Below are positions 1 through 7,420 of a stretch of 19,586 nucleotides of DNA, in pieces. Location: NCBI GenBank assembly GCA_963759805.1, contig CAVXAT010000014.1, positions 1 to 19,586 of the forward strand, given 5' to 3'. The notes below the pieces were generated by a model that saw only the letters and a program-made list of their open reading frames with translations, was not told the origin of the DNA and ran no database searches. The DNA is from an uncultured bacterium (lineage in GTDB: Bacteria > Babelota > Babeliae > Babelales > RVW-14). Position numbers and translations under genes: made by a program. Within the stretch, counting starts at the first letter, position 1; each line of letters starts with the position of its first letter.

Positions 1-348
1 CTGCCCTGCCTGGGCGGGTTCGTGGGGAGCGATGTGCTGGCCGGCATTCTGGCCGCAAAGCTCACTGAACACGATGACTTGGTCGGACTTGTTGATTTGG
101 GAACCAACGGTGAGATTGTGATTGGGAACAAGGACGGATTGCTTTGCGCGTCTACGGCAGCGGGTCCGGCTTTTGAAGGCGCCAAGATTTCCATGGGTAT
201 GCGCGCTTCCACCGGGGCAATTTCTCAAGTGACGGTAAACCGCGACAGGGTACACTGCCACGTCATCGGAGACGGCGCTCCACGCGGCTTGTGCGGGAGC
301 GGATTGGTAGACGCCGTGGCAGCGGGACTGGAACTGGGGGTGTGCTAA
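1..348 (+). pseudogene. Internal fragment of an ASKHA-domain (RACo/DUF4445-like corrinoid reductive activator) protein; open at the window edge and cut at ~342
   Basis: Frame open from base 1 (LPCLGGFVGSD..VDLGTNGEIV..STAAGPAFEG..GMRA..GAI..GLCGSGLVDAVA), which are motifs typical of the RACo C-terminal region. Bases 1-300 are 60% GC (180/300 counted). The stop appears right at the switch to AT-rich DNA. Confidence 0.8.
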
Positions 349-406
349 ACAGAAATGCTGGAACGAGTGTTAGAACTAAAATTTGAATGTGTTTTAAAAT
401 GTTCAT
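343..406 (-). pseudogene. N-terminal signal-peptide stub of a fourth exported protein, cut off at the GC junction
   Basis: ATG at 406 with upstream AGAAAGGT RBS. Translates MNILKHIQILVLTLVPAFLFS, nearly identical to the GNAT leader MNFLKHIQILVLGLFPVCLVG. It reads into the GC-rich block and stops at 263. Not in the ORF track. Confidence 0.7.
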
Positions 407-425
407 CAGTAAACCTTTCTAAAAA

Positions 426-1928
426 TTACTTCAACATCTCGCATGTGAATGGAGATTTTAACCGATTCTCCAACCATTGCCTATCAATTTTTATCCCACA
501 CGAATCTTCGACAGACTCACTTTTCATAATCTGCAATGCCTCTTCATAAGCATCTACGGCCTTATCCCTTATGCCGAGCAAATCTAACATATGCCCTTGC
601 CATGCCTTAATGCAGTATCCAAACTCTTGCCAAGATTCTAGGGACGTTGCCTTGAATGAACGCTCAGAATTCTGCAATGCAATTAGCGCCTTCTCGTAAT
701 CTCTTGCCTTAATAAGGTTATAAACTAAGCTTCCCCAAATTGAACTATCTACGGCTTTATCTCTGAGCGCTTGTTCATAACATTCCATTATCAACTTGCC
801 TCGTATGCTTGACTGTGGCATTGATCTAACAATTGCAAATTTACATGATAAATCAGACATAGGCTCTGGCCATTGAATTTTATTGCCGGTACATGGATAA
901 CTTACTTCGGTTAATGAACTTAAAAACTTGTTCAGTAATGTAAAAAATTTATGTGGTTCATCTGCAAAGATCTTATGCCCTGATTTTTCAAAGTACTCAA
1001 ACTGAGCATGCGGGTGATTTTTGCGCATAAAATCAGCCTTATCAGTATCCCAAGTTAAGTCCCACCTGGCTTCCATAACTAATGTTGGAATTATGAAGTC
1101 ATCAAACTTATTATCTAGACTTATTTTATCCATATCCATGGACATTAAATTATTAAATCCGTAGGCAGGATTCCACTCGTAAAGAGCCGTTCTTGCCAAT
1201 TCTTCTAGTGTTGGCCTGTAATAATATTGTCGCTTCCAATCTCCGCGCAAGTCTTTATTAAACATCGTTTGAATAAAACCAATTTTACCTTCTTCCTCTG
1301 CTGCATAAATCTTATTTATCGCAGCACGTTCCGCATCCGAGATAAACATTTGTTCGCGACCTGGTTTCATTTCAACATTTTTAAGCCCATCTCCAGCTGC
1401 CACTAAAACAAGCCCGGCAACATGTTCTGGATATGTTAATGCATAACATTGTGCTAGAAATCCACCAAACGACCAGCCTAGAACAGCCCACTTATCAATG
1501 TTCAATGCTTTTCTTAGTGACTCTATATCTTCAACCGCCTGTTTAATCGTGTATGTTCTACCGGTATCATCTACGCTTGATCTTCCCGTACCACGTGCGT
1601 CGTAATAAATTATGCGGGAATTGTCTTTAAGTTGAGAAAAGTGGGGATGAAAGTAATGATGTGATCCTCCAGGACCTGGATTAAGAAGAATTAACGGGAA
1701 CCCTTGTCCTTCATCCTCGTAATAAAGGCTGCCATTTTCAACTTCAACAAACCCCTTTTTGAGTCCTGCAATTTCATCACACAGTGGGGGGAGGGATGGG
1801 ACCTGTTTAAGATCTGATTCTATATGTTCAACACGATCAAAAATAGATTCTCGGTTTGATTCCATACCGATTAAGCATGCTGGAAATAATACAATCGATA
1901 GTAACCGGATATATTTTAAAATTTTCAT
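426..1928 (-). CDS. Exported alpha/beta-fold hydrolase (proline iminopeptidase-like) with C-terminal TPR-like helices
   Basis: 500 aa; signal peptide ending LIG-ME; NPGPGG oxyanion segment; YDARGTGRS; GWSFGG nucleophile elbow; candidate catalytic Asp (RWD) and His (SGH); TPR-like YEKALIAL and AVDAYEEALQI segments. Confidence 0.85.
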   Translation of the reverse strand: MKILKYIRLLSIVLFPACLIGMESNRESIFDRVEHIESDLKQVPSLPPLCDEIAGLKKGFVEVENGSLYYEDEGQGFPLILLNPGPGGSHHYFHPHFSQLKDNSRIIYYDARGTGRSSVDDTGRTYTIKQAVEDIESLRKALNIDKWAVLGWSFGGFLAQCYALTYPEHVAGLVLVAAGDGLKNVEMKPGREQMFISDAERAAINKIYAAEEEGKIGFIQTMFNKDLRGDWKRQYYYRPTLEELARTALYEWNPAYGFNNLMSMDMDKISLDNKFDDFIIPTLVMEARWDLTWDTDKADFMRKNHPHAQFEYFEKSGHKIFADEPHKFFTLLNKFLSSLTEVSYPCTGNKIQWPEPMSDLSCKFAIVRSMPQSSIRGKLIMECYEQALRDKAVDSSIWGSLVYNLIKARDYEKALIALQNSERSFKATSLESWQEFGYCIKAWQGHMLDLLGIRDKAVDAYEEALQIMKSESVEDSCGIKIDRQWLENRLKSPFTCEMLK

Positions 1929-1956
1929 CTGGGTTATCCTTCCTAAATCGCAACGC

Positions 1957-3369
1957 TTACTCAGAAATCTTTACAGCAACAACATCTTCTTCATCACCAA
2001 ATAAACCTGGATGGATTACAAGCCTAATTTCTCCATCAACATCAATTAAAGATATTTTCTGCTCTGGAAATTGTTGTAAAAAAAGCTCTGTACTTGTTTC
2101 TGCGAATATTCTCATATCCGGAGCTTGGCCTTCAAACGGTAAAACAATATATAATTTATTACCTGGCTCTCGATAAATTTTGCATACGCCACCATCAGGC
2201 TTTTTGTAGCTACCAAGGCATTTAATGAGTTCGCCTTCACTAAGAGTCACTGCGATTTTAGGTATCACCGGAGCAGGCTCTTCAACCCCAAATACCATAA
2301 TGGACAAGTCTCGAGACATTCGAAAAAATTCCGTTGCACCACAGTTACTTAAAATAACTATGCTTGCTCTTACTCTGTTTTCTGAATCTACAAATCTAGC
2401 GGAAAATGTCCTGAAGCCATCTCCCTCACCAGCGCCAAATGCGCCAAAACACTTATAACCAAATGCTTCATTCAGGCTTAAAAATGGAAGAACTGGTGTC
2501 CAATCTCGGAGCAATTTATCAGAAAATATGGCCTCATTCCACAATGTCATATCTTCCACCGTACTGTAAATATTTCCACTGCCGACAGGAAAATCAATGT
2601 TATCACCTGGCAGCTCGAGATAATTTTTATCGATGAAATCGAAATCATAGCCAACAGCAAAGCCAGGCCCTGGCTTGCAGATTCGTGCACAGCCGGAATT
2701 CTTCATGCCTAGTGGATCGAAAATATTTTCTTTGAGATAGACATCATATCCTTTGCCATAAACTTTTGTGATTATGCATGCAAGAAGGTTGTATCCAGTG
2801 TTACTGTATTCATATTCAGAACCTGGAACAAATTGTAAAGGTATACTTTTTATGAGTGACAGATATTCGTCAATCGATTTGATATTTAAAACCTGACTAT
2901 CTGAGTTAACGTATTGACTTGTATCATATTCTTGAATTCCAGATTTATGCTCAAGAAGATGTCGAATGGTAACAGCTACCCCATCTTTTTCGACATTGGA
3001 TCGATCTTGGGTTGGATAGTCTGCTGGAAGGTATTTAACGATTGGATCATCCAAGTTTAGCAAGCCACGCTCGCAAAGCTGAATAACTGCTAGTGCTGTG
3101 ATATTTTTAGAGACAGACTCAAGCCAGAACTTAGTTTGTGTGGTATTTTGTATGCCAGCTTTAACATTCTCCCAACCGTAACCGCCGCTGAATAAATCCT
3201 CTCCATACTTTCTTACAACAACAGAGCCCATAAACTGGCCTGTCGCAGCATGTTTATCTAGATATGTTTTTAATTTTAGCTTCAATTCCTGATTATGACT
3301 GCTACATCCATTACAGGCTGGAAGGACCGCTATCAGGGCTAAAATTGCATAATTTTTAAACATCTTCAT
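1957..3369 (-). CDS. Serine hydrolase of the class C beta-lactamase/AmpC-like family, probable lipoprotein
   Basis: 470 aa; SxxK (ESVSK), LLEHKSGI, F.PG..YEYSNTGY and GSGNIYST..D motifs; N-terminal hydrophobic stretch with LPAC lipobox-like site; extra C-terminal domain. Confidence 0.88.
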   Translation of the reverse strand: MKMFKNYAILALIAVLPACNGCSSHNQELKLKLKTYLDKHAATGQFMGSVVVRKYGEDLFSGGYGWENVKAGIQNTTQTKFWLESVSKNITALAVIQLCERGLLNLDDPIVKYLPADYPTQDRSNVEKDGVAVTIRHLLEHKSGIQEYDTSQYVNSDSQVLNIKSIDEYLSLIKSIPLQFVPGSEYEYSNTGYNLLACIITKVYGKGYDVYLKENIFDPLGMKNSGCARICKPGPGFAVGYDFDFIDKNYLELPGDNIDFPVGSGNIYSTVEDMTLWNEAIFSDKLLRDWTPVLPFLSLNEAFGYKCFGAFGAGEGDGFRTFSARFVDSENRVRASIVILSNCGATEFFRMSRDLSIMVFGVEEPAPVIPKIAVTLSEGELIKCLGSYKKPDGGVCKIYREPGNKLYIVLPFEGQAPDMRIFAETSTELFLQQFPEQKISLIDVDGEIRLVIHPGLFGDEEDVVAVKISE

Positions 3370-3383
3370 CGAACGAACCCTTC

Positions 3384-4019
3384 TTAATTACTCTTTTTAT
3401 ATTCAAGAAAGAACCCAATTTCATTTCCCTGAAAGTGCGTAAATCCAAGCGTTTTATAGCATCCTTGCGCATTTGTGTTTTCCTTGCGAACGAATAAAAA
3501 GATGTGATTAAACGTTGGATCTATTTCAAAAATTGAGAATACTAGCTTTCGGGCTAACCCTCTGCCTTGTGCTTCAGGGATAATCGCCAACGGTTCGAGT
3601 TGAACGCAGGTTGGCTCATTAAACTTTGGCTTTGAGCGAAAGATTGTAAACCCAAGAATGTTATCGGAACCTACATCTTTTACGGTTACAACTAAGCAAG
3701 TGTGGTTTTTTACTTTCTGACCTTGCAGGTATTTGCCTGTAGCTTCATCATTCTTTTGCAAAAGGTATTTGGCAGCCAATGCGGTATTCTCTGCTACAGT
3801 CTCAGCCATTTTCTTTTCGTGCTGGAATGCTGCAGCCATAACTGGAACGAGTTCTCGTTCTGCCCCAAGCAACTTCTGGTAATCTGTAATCTTTCGCCAT
3901 TCAATTAAGATACACTTACCGTGCTTATCGTGATCTATCCAAGAGCCATGTTCCATGCCAACCAGGCAGACTGGAAATAAACCTAAAACTAAGATTTGAA
4001 TGTGCTTTAAAAAATTCAT
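3384..4019 (-). CDS. GNAT family N-acetyltransferase with signal peptide
   Basis: Acetyl-CoA motif A (LAIIPEAQGRGLARKL) and motif B (N..AQGCYKTLGF). ATG at 4019 follows a GGAGGT RBS (4025-4030). Leader ends LVG-ME. Confidence 0.85.
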   Translation of the reverse strand: MNFLKHIQILVLGLFPVCLVGMEHGSWIDHDKHGKCILIEWRKITDYQKLLGAERELVPVMAAAFQHEKKMAETVAENTALAAKYLLQKNDEATGKYLQGQKVKNHTCLVVTVKDVGSDNILGFTIFRSKPKFNEPTCVQLEPLAIIPEAQGRGLARKLVFSIFEIDPTFNHIFLFVRKENTNAQGCYKTLGFTHFQGNEIGFFLEYKKSN

Positions 4020-4457
4020 CAAAAACCTCCATTAAAATACCTGCTTTATTACGATTTCAACGTATGATTTAAGTTTATCAGGTTGGTTAATATAATCAAA
4101 GGCATGGGATTTAGGGGCAAGTGGGATGGCCCAGCTGGCCCAATAGCTAGTATGGATGCTTGCACAGTTGTCATACGCCTGTAGGAGCAGAAAATGAGAG
4201 TTTTGTGCAAATTTCGTTTTCAATAGTAAATTTGCACAACTAATGCAAAGGCCCCTGTCAAATTGGCTGGCTATAGATCAGCGGGAGATTTGATAGAAAA
4301 AATAAGAAAAAAAGAGAGTCGAAACATTTGATTTAATGGCAAAAATTGGGATAAGGCAAAGTTATTTGCATATTATTTTCTTGTGTTTTATTATTGATAC
4401 CATCATTGACCGTTGTAACCTGATTTTTTCCCCTGAAAGAAATTTTTGATTAAAAAG

Positions 4458-4748
4458 ATGAAATATATCATCTACAGAACCGAAGAATATCGAGAATGGC
4501 ATGATGAGCAGACCTTAAAAGCTCAATGGCAAATTGACGAACGCTTATCAAACATTGAAAAGCACGGACATTTTGGAAATCATAGGTTTTTAGATGACAT
4601 CTGGGAGCTTAAATGGGAAAATGGTCGACGCATTTACTATATTTTCATTCAAAATCAAAACATTTTACTCTTATTGGGAGGATTTAAAAATGCTCAAAAA
4701 AAAGACATCAAAAAGGCAAGGCTTATCTTCAAAAAGTATTTGCCCTAA
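4458..4748 (+). CDS. Type II TA toxin, RelE/ParE superfamily (HI1419-like addiction module killer)
   Basis: 96 aa; pattern YRTEEYREW..I.ERL..GHFG..IWELKW.NGRRIYY..LLLLGG.K..QKKDIKKA is characteristic of this family. Confidence 0.85.
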   Translation: MKYIIYRTEEYREWHDEQTLKAQWQIDERLSNIEKHGHFGNHRFLDDIWELKWENGRRIYYIFIQNQNILLLLGGFKNAQKKDIKKARLIFKKYLP

Positions 4749-5037
4749 AAAAAAGATCAAACAATTTAAAATAAATTTAGGTCACCCTGATATTGAAATT
4801 TACAACCCCACTAAAAATCTTCTCGATGAAGATGCTCTAGGCCGAGCAATTTGGGAATGCCTTAAAAACAATGATCACGTCGGGGTTATCGAAATCATTC
4901 AGGCACATTTAGAAGCCAAGCGTATTAATGTTGGAACTGAAGGGAAAGGAATACGTAAATCGCTAAAGCTTAATACCAAAAATCCATCACTTAAAGGGCT
5001 GACTCAATTCATCCATGCAAACTTTGTTTCGGATTAA
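4690..5037 (+). CDS. Cognate antitoxin (HI1420-like addiction module antidote, HTH-type)
   Basis: ATG at 4690 preceded by GGGAGG; lies downstream of and overlaps the toxin; contains LLDEDALGRAIWECLKNND..GVIEII.AHL and C-terminal NPSLKGL (NPTL-like) motifs. Confidence 0.72.
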   Translation: MLKKKTSKRQGLSSKSICPKKKIKQFKINLGHPDIEIYNPTKNLLDEDALGRAIWECLKNNDHVGVIEIIQAHLEAKRINVGTEGKGIRKSLKLNTKNPSLKGLTQFIHANFVSD

Positions 5038-5406
5038 AGGCAATCCAAAATATTTTGTTGATGTTCTAATAACAATCCGTCGATTAAGATTATACTGCTT
5101 GCAGTAAGCATCAATCTCACCTTTAACCGTCTGCCAATAATTATTTGGTTTTAAATAAATTTCTCGATATTTAACCAACAGATCCGGATGTTTTGATGAA
5201 AGCCAACTTCCAACAGAGCTCCAAATCTCCCCCTTGAGATTTAGCTTATCAAACATGTAATAATCAGCATATTGAGCAGTCTGCTCAATAATTTTCTTCC
5301 AATCGGTAACAAACGGCATGATTGGAGCAATAAAAACATATGTTTTTATACCTGCTTGTTTCAATGTCTGTAAAGCCTGAATACGTGCTTGTGGGAATGT
5401 ATGCAC
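4987..5406 (-). pseudogene. C-terminal fragment of an SPL/SplB-like radical SAM protein
   Basis: PQARIQALQTLKQAGIKTYVFIAPIMPFVTD matches the C-terminal barrel of the family. The CxxxCxxC N-terminal half is absent, and the upstream DNA is non-coding with a hairpin. Confidence 0.7.
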
Positions 5407-5585
5407 CCAATGTATGGGTTGACTACATAGTCAACCCCCGGAATATTCGATTTGGTTATTATTGACTTAACGTTGATTTCTTTAATTTTTAGATTCATCA
5501 GCAACCCCAAAAGGTTTGCCCAACCGCCAGTTTAATAATCAGTAAAAGCGCTTGGGGTGCCAAAAGTGGCTTCCGATCAGAAATC

Positions 5586-5694
5586 TGTCATCCTGAATTT
5601 ATTTCAGGATCCATGGATTAGTTGCTCCTATTCCCAAATTGCAGAAATTTGGAATAAATTTATCCATGGATGCTGAAACTAGTTCAGCATGACA
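5586..5694. mobile_element. 109-bp palindromic MITE (Rickettsia-palindromic-element-like)
   Basis: Ends TGTCATCCTGAATTTATTTCAGGATC and GATGCTGAAACTAGTTCAGCATGACA are mutually complementary and each self-folds. ATCCATGGAT is present on both sides of an inner TATTCCCAAATT/AATTTGGAATA stem. A second partial copy lies at 19555. Confidence 0.75.
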
Positions 5695-5772
5695 AAAATA
5701 TAATTCAAAGGCCTCTCTGCATAAGTATTTTGAGCTTCACTGAGTTATCAATCTGACGCTAAGCAAACAAAA

Positions 5773-5855
5773 GAGGGAAGGTACAGAGATAAACTGCTCC
5801 TGCTGCTTCCTTCCGGACCTGACAGATTTAACAGTCCACCAACTTACCTTCCCTC
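5773..5855 (-). ncRNA. ffs: Signal recognition particle RNA (4.5S, small bacterial type)
   Basis: Minus strand contains the conserved domain IV core GTCAGGTCCGGAAGGAAGCAGC inside a long hairpin closed by GAGGGAAGGTA/TACCTTCCCTC. Confidence 0.93.
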
Positions 5856-5892
5856 AATCTTTTATCAAATTTCAATTTATCTTTTTAGCTGG

Positions 5893-5935
5893 CTTGCCAT
5901 CCATAGCCACGAGCGAATGCGAGGGCGACGGATGG
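5893..5935 (+). repeat. CTTG-foot REP-like hairpin overlapping the tRNA-Ser CCA end
   Basis: CTTG-CCATCC-ATAGCCAC...GGGCGAC-GGATGG; aligns with the copies next to tRNA-Arg. Confidence 0.75.
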
Positions 5936-6024
5936 TGGAGAGAGAGGGATTCGAACCCTCGATACCCCTTTCGAAGTATACAAGATTTCCAATCTTGCGC
6001 TTTCAACCACTCAGCCATCTCTCC
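5933..6024 (-). tRNA. tRNA-Ser(GGA)
   Basis: Acceptor stem GGAGAGA/TCTCTCC; anticodon arm CAAGA-TTGGAAA-TCTTG; long variable arm; GGTTCGAATCC T arm; encoded CCA. Confidence 0.96.
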
Positions 6025-6045
6025 AACTAAAATCAATTAATTATT

Positions 6046-7194
6046 CTATTCTTTTTCTTTTTCAGCCTTGACTGCCTTAGCTTTAACATGTTCAGTTTTG
6101 ACTGACTCTGTTTTAACATGTTCAGCTTTAACTGGCGCAGCTTTGACAGACTCAGCTTTGACATGTTCAGTCTTAACTGGTTCAGCTTTGTGAACTGGTT
6201 CGGCTTTAACATGCTCAACTCTAACTGGCTCAGCTTTGACTGATTCGGCTTTCACCGGTTCAGCTTTATGTGTATGTGCTTTTACCGCTTCTTCTTTGAT
6301 TTCAACTTTTGCTTCAACTTTTGGTCCGGCTGCATGTCTTGGGGCTGCAGGCCTTGATGAAGATGTTGGCCTTCTATCATACTGTCTTCTGGGAGCTGGT
6401 CGCTCTCCGGTGCGATCTTCTCTGCCACGATCTTCTCTCCCTCTTGGATGGAATTCTCTAGCAGCAGATTCAACTCTTGGTTTTACTTGTCTTACCTCCT
6501 CAACCGGCTTGTTTTTCGCATAAATTGCTTGTCCCTCTTTGATCATAGAGGCAATGTAGTCAACCAGGAACTGAATTGATTTTGGAGAGTCATCATTTGC
6601 AGGAATGATGTGGGTAACACCAACAGGATCAGTGTTTGTATCAACAATTGCAATAACTGGAATTCCAAGGGCGTGGGCCTCTTTAACAGCTGCACGTTCC
6701 TTTTTGGCATCAACAACAATCAATGCTGCCGGAGGAAATGAAAAATCAATGATGCCGCCAACATTCTTTTCAAGTCGAGCAATCTCTTTCTGGAACATGA
6801 CGATTTCTTTTTTCTTATAATAACCGGCAGATTTTTCGGCCACATCACGAAGGTGTAAAAGCCTTGTGATAGCCTTTTTAACCTGTTCAAAATTTGAAAG
6901 AGTTCCGCCGACCCATCTATTTATAACATATGGGGTTTTGGTCTCTTTTGCCGCCTTTTCAACAATAGGTTGTGCTGCCTTTTTCGTTCCTACCAACAAA
7001 AACATGCCCCCTTGACTTGAGACTTCTTTTATAAGTCCACCAATTTTTTCTAATAAGAGAGCTGTTTTGGAAACGTCGATCAGATGGATTCTATTCTTTG
7101 AACCCCAAATATATGGGCGCATCTTTGGACACCAACGAGATGTCTTATGCCCAAAATGAACCCCCGCCTTAAGCATTTCACGTAAATCTAACAT
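6046..7194 (-). CDS. rpsB: 30S ribosomal protein S2 with ~150-aa low-complexity C-terminal extension
   Basis: MLKAGVHFGH..RW.PKM, RWVGGTLSNF and AIVDTN.DP..IPANDDS signatures; AAGGA RBS. Confidence 0.98.
   Translation of the reverse strand: MLDLREMLKAGVHFGHKTSRWCPKMRPYIWGSKNRIHLIDVSKTALLLEKIGGLIKEVSSQGGMFLLVGTKKAAQPIVEKAAKETKTPYVINRWVGGTLSNFEQVKKAITRLLHLRDVAEKSAGYYKKKEIVMFQKEIARLEKNVGGIIDFSFPPAALIVVDAKKERAAVKEAHALGIPVIAIVDTNTDPVGVTHIIPANDDSPKSIQFLVDYIASMIKEGQAIYAKNKPVEEVRQVKPRVESAAREFHPRGREDRGREDRTGERPAPRRQYDRRPTSSSRPAAPRHAAGPKVEAKVEIKEEAVKAHTHKAEPVKAESVKAEPVRVEHVKAEPVHKAEPVKTEHVKAESVKAAPVKAEHVKTESVKTEHVKAKAVKAEKEKE
6058..6285 (-). repeat. Coding 15-nt degenerate repeats encoding ~14 VK(A/T)E(P/S/H) pentapeptides
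   Basis: HKAEP VKAES VKAEP VRVEH VKAEP VHKAEP VKTEH VKAES VKAAP VKAEH VKTES VKTEH VKAKA VKAEK in the S2 tail. Confidence 0.85.
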
Positions 7195-7199
7195 TATGA

Positions 7200-7301
7200 A
7201 TCCTTATGGGTTATACCAATTACTTCTTAGGTTTTGTACCAAGATTAATTCGAAGACTAATTCGAGATACTATTTACCACCCGTAAAAAGAAGTAAGAGC
7301 C
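7200..7301 (-). promoter_or_regulatory. rpsB leader (t44/S2 autoregulatory-like structure)
   Basis: On the minus strand TTACTTCTT (7296-7288) pairs with AAGAAGTAA (7228-7220). An internal GGGT (7282-7279) is complementary to ACCC in AACCC (7212-7208) just before the RBS, as in the S2-binding pseudoknot. Confidence 0.6.
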
Positions 7302-7328
7302 GTTTTATATTATTATTACATGCTTTAA

Positions 7329-7356
7329 AGCTTAGCGGAAAAAGTTAAAAAATCAA
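7329..7356 (-). promoter_or_regulatory. Putative sigma70 promoter for rpsB
   Basis: TTGATT-N16-TAAGCT upstream of the leader; same -35 hexamer and spacing as the tRNA-His promoter candidate. Confidence 0.4.
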
Positions 7357-7420
7357 TTTTTTAGACAACTATATCAGTAATTCTAGTTATTATGTCAGTC
7401 ACACACAAAAAATAGCGCCT

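Noticed and set aside
355..549. 64-aa plus-strand ORF as a continuation of the ASKHA gene
   Set aside because: AT-rich, no family motifs, and antisense to the hydrolase end and the signal-peptide stub.
426..4030. Integron cassette array
   Set aside because: Spacers of 14-28 bp are too short for attC sites, and no integrase is present.
4032..4223. 63-aa minus-strand ORF upstream of GNAT
   Set aside because: TTG start, no RBS or recognisable motif, and it overlaps the probable promoter region.
5428..5460. IscB omega-RNA or IS605 end suggested by GTCAACCCCC
   Set aside because: No matching downstream hairpin and no iscB or tnpB ORF. Retained only as an unexplained hairpin.
4030..5770. Integrated island with att duplication of the ffs or tRNA-Ser 3' end
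   Set aside because: No duplicated 3' end or integrase was seen in the window.
6033..6820. ORFs 6033-6218, 6236-6523, 6282-6473 and 6605-6820
   Set aside because: Alternative-frame or antisense shadows of rpsB and its repetitive tail.
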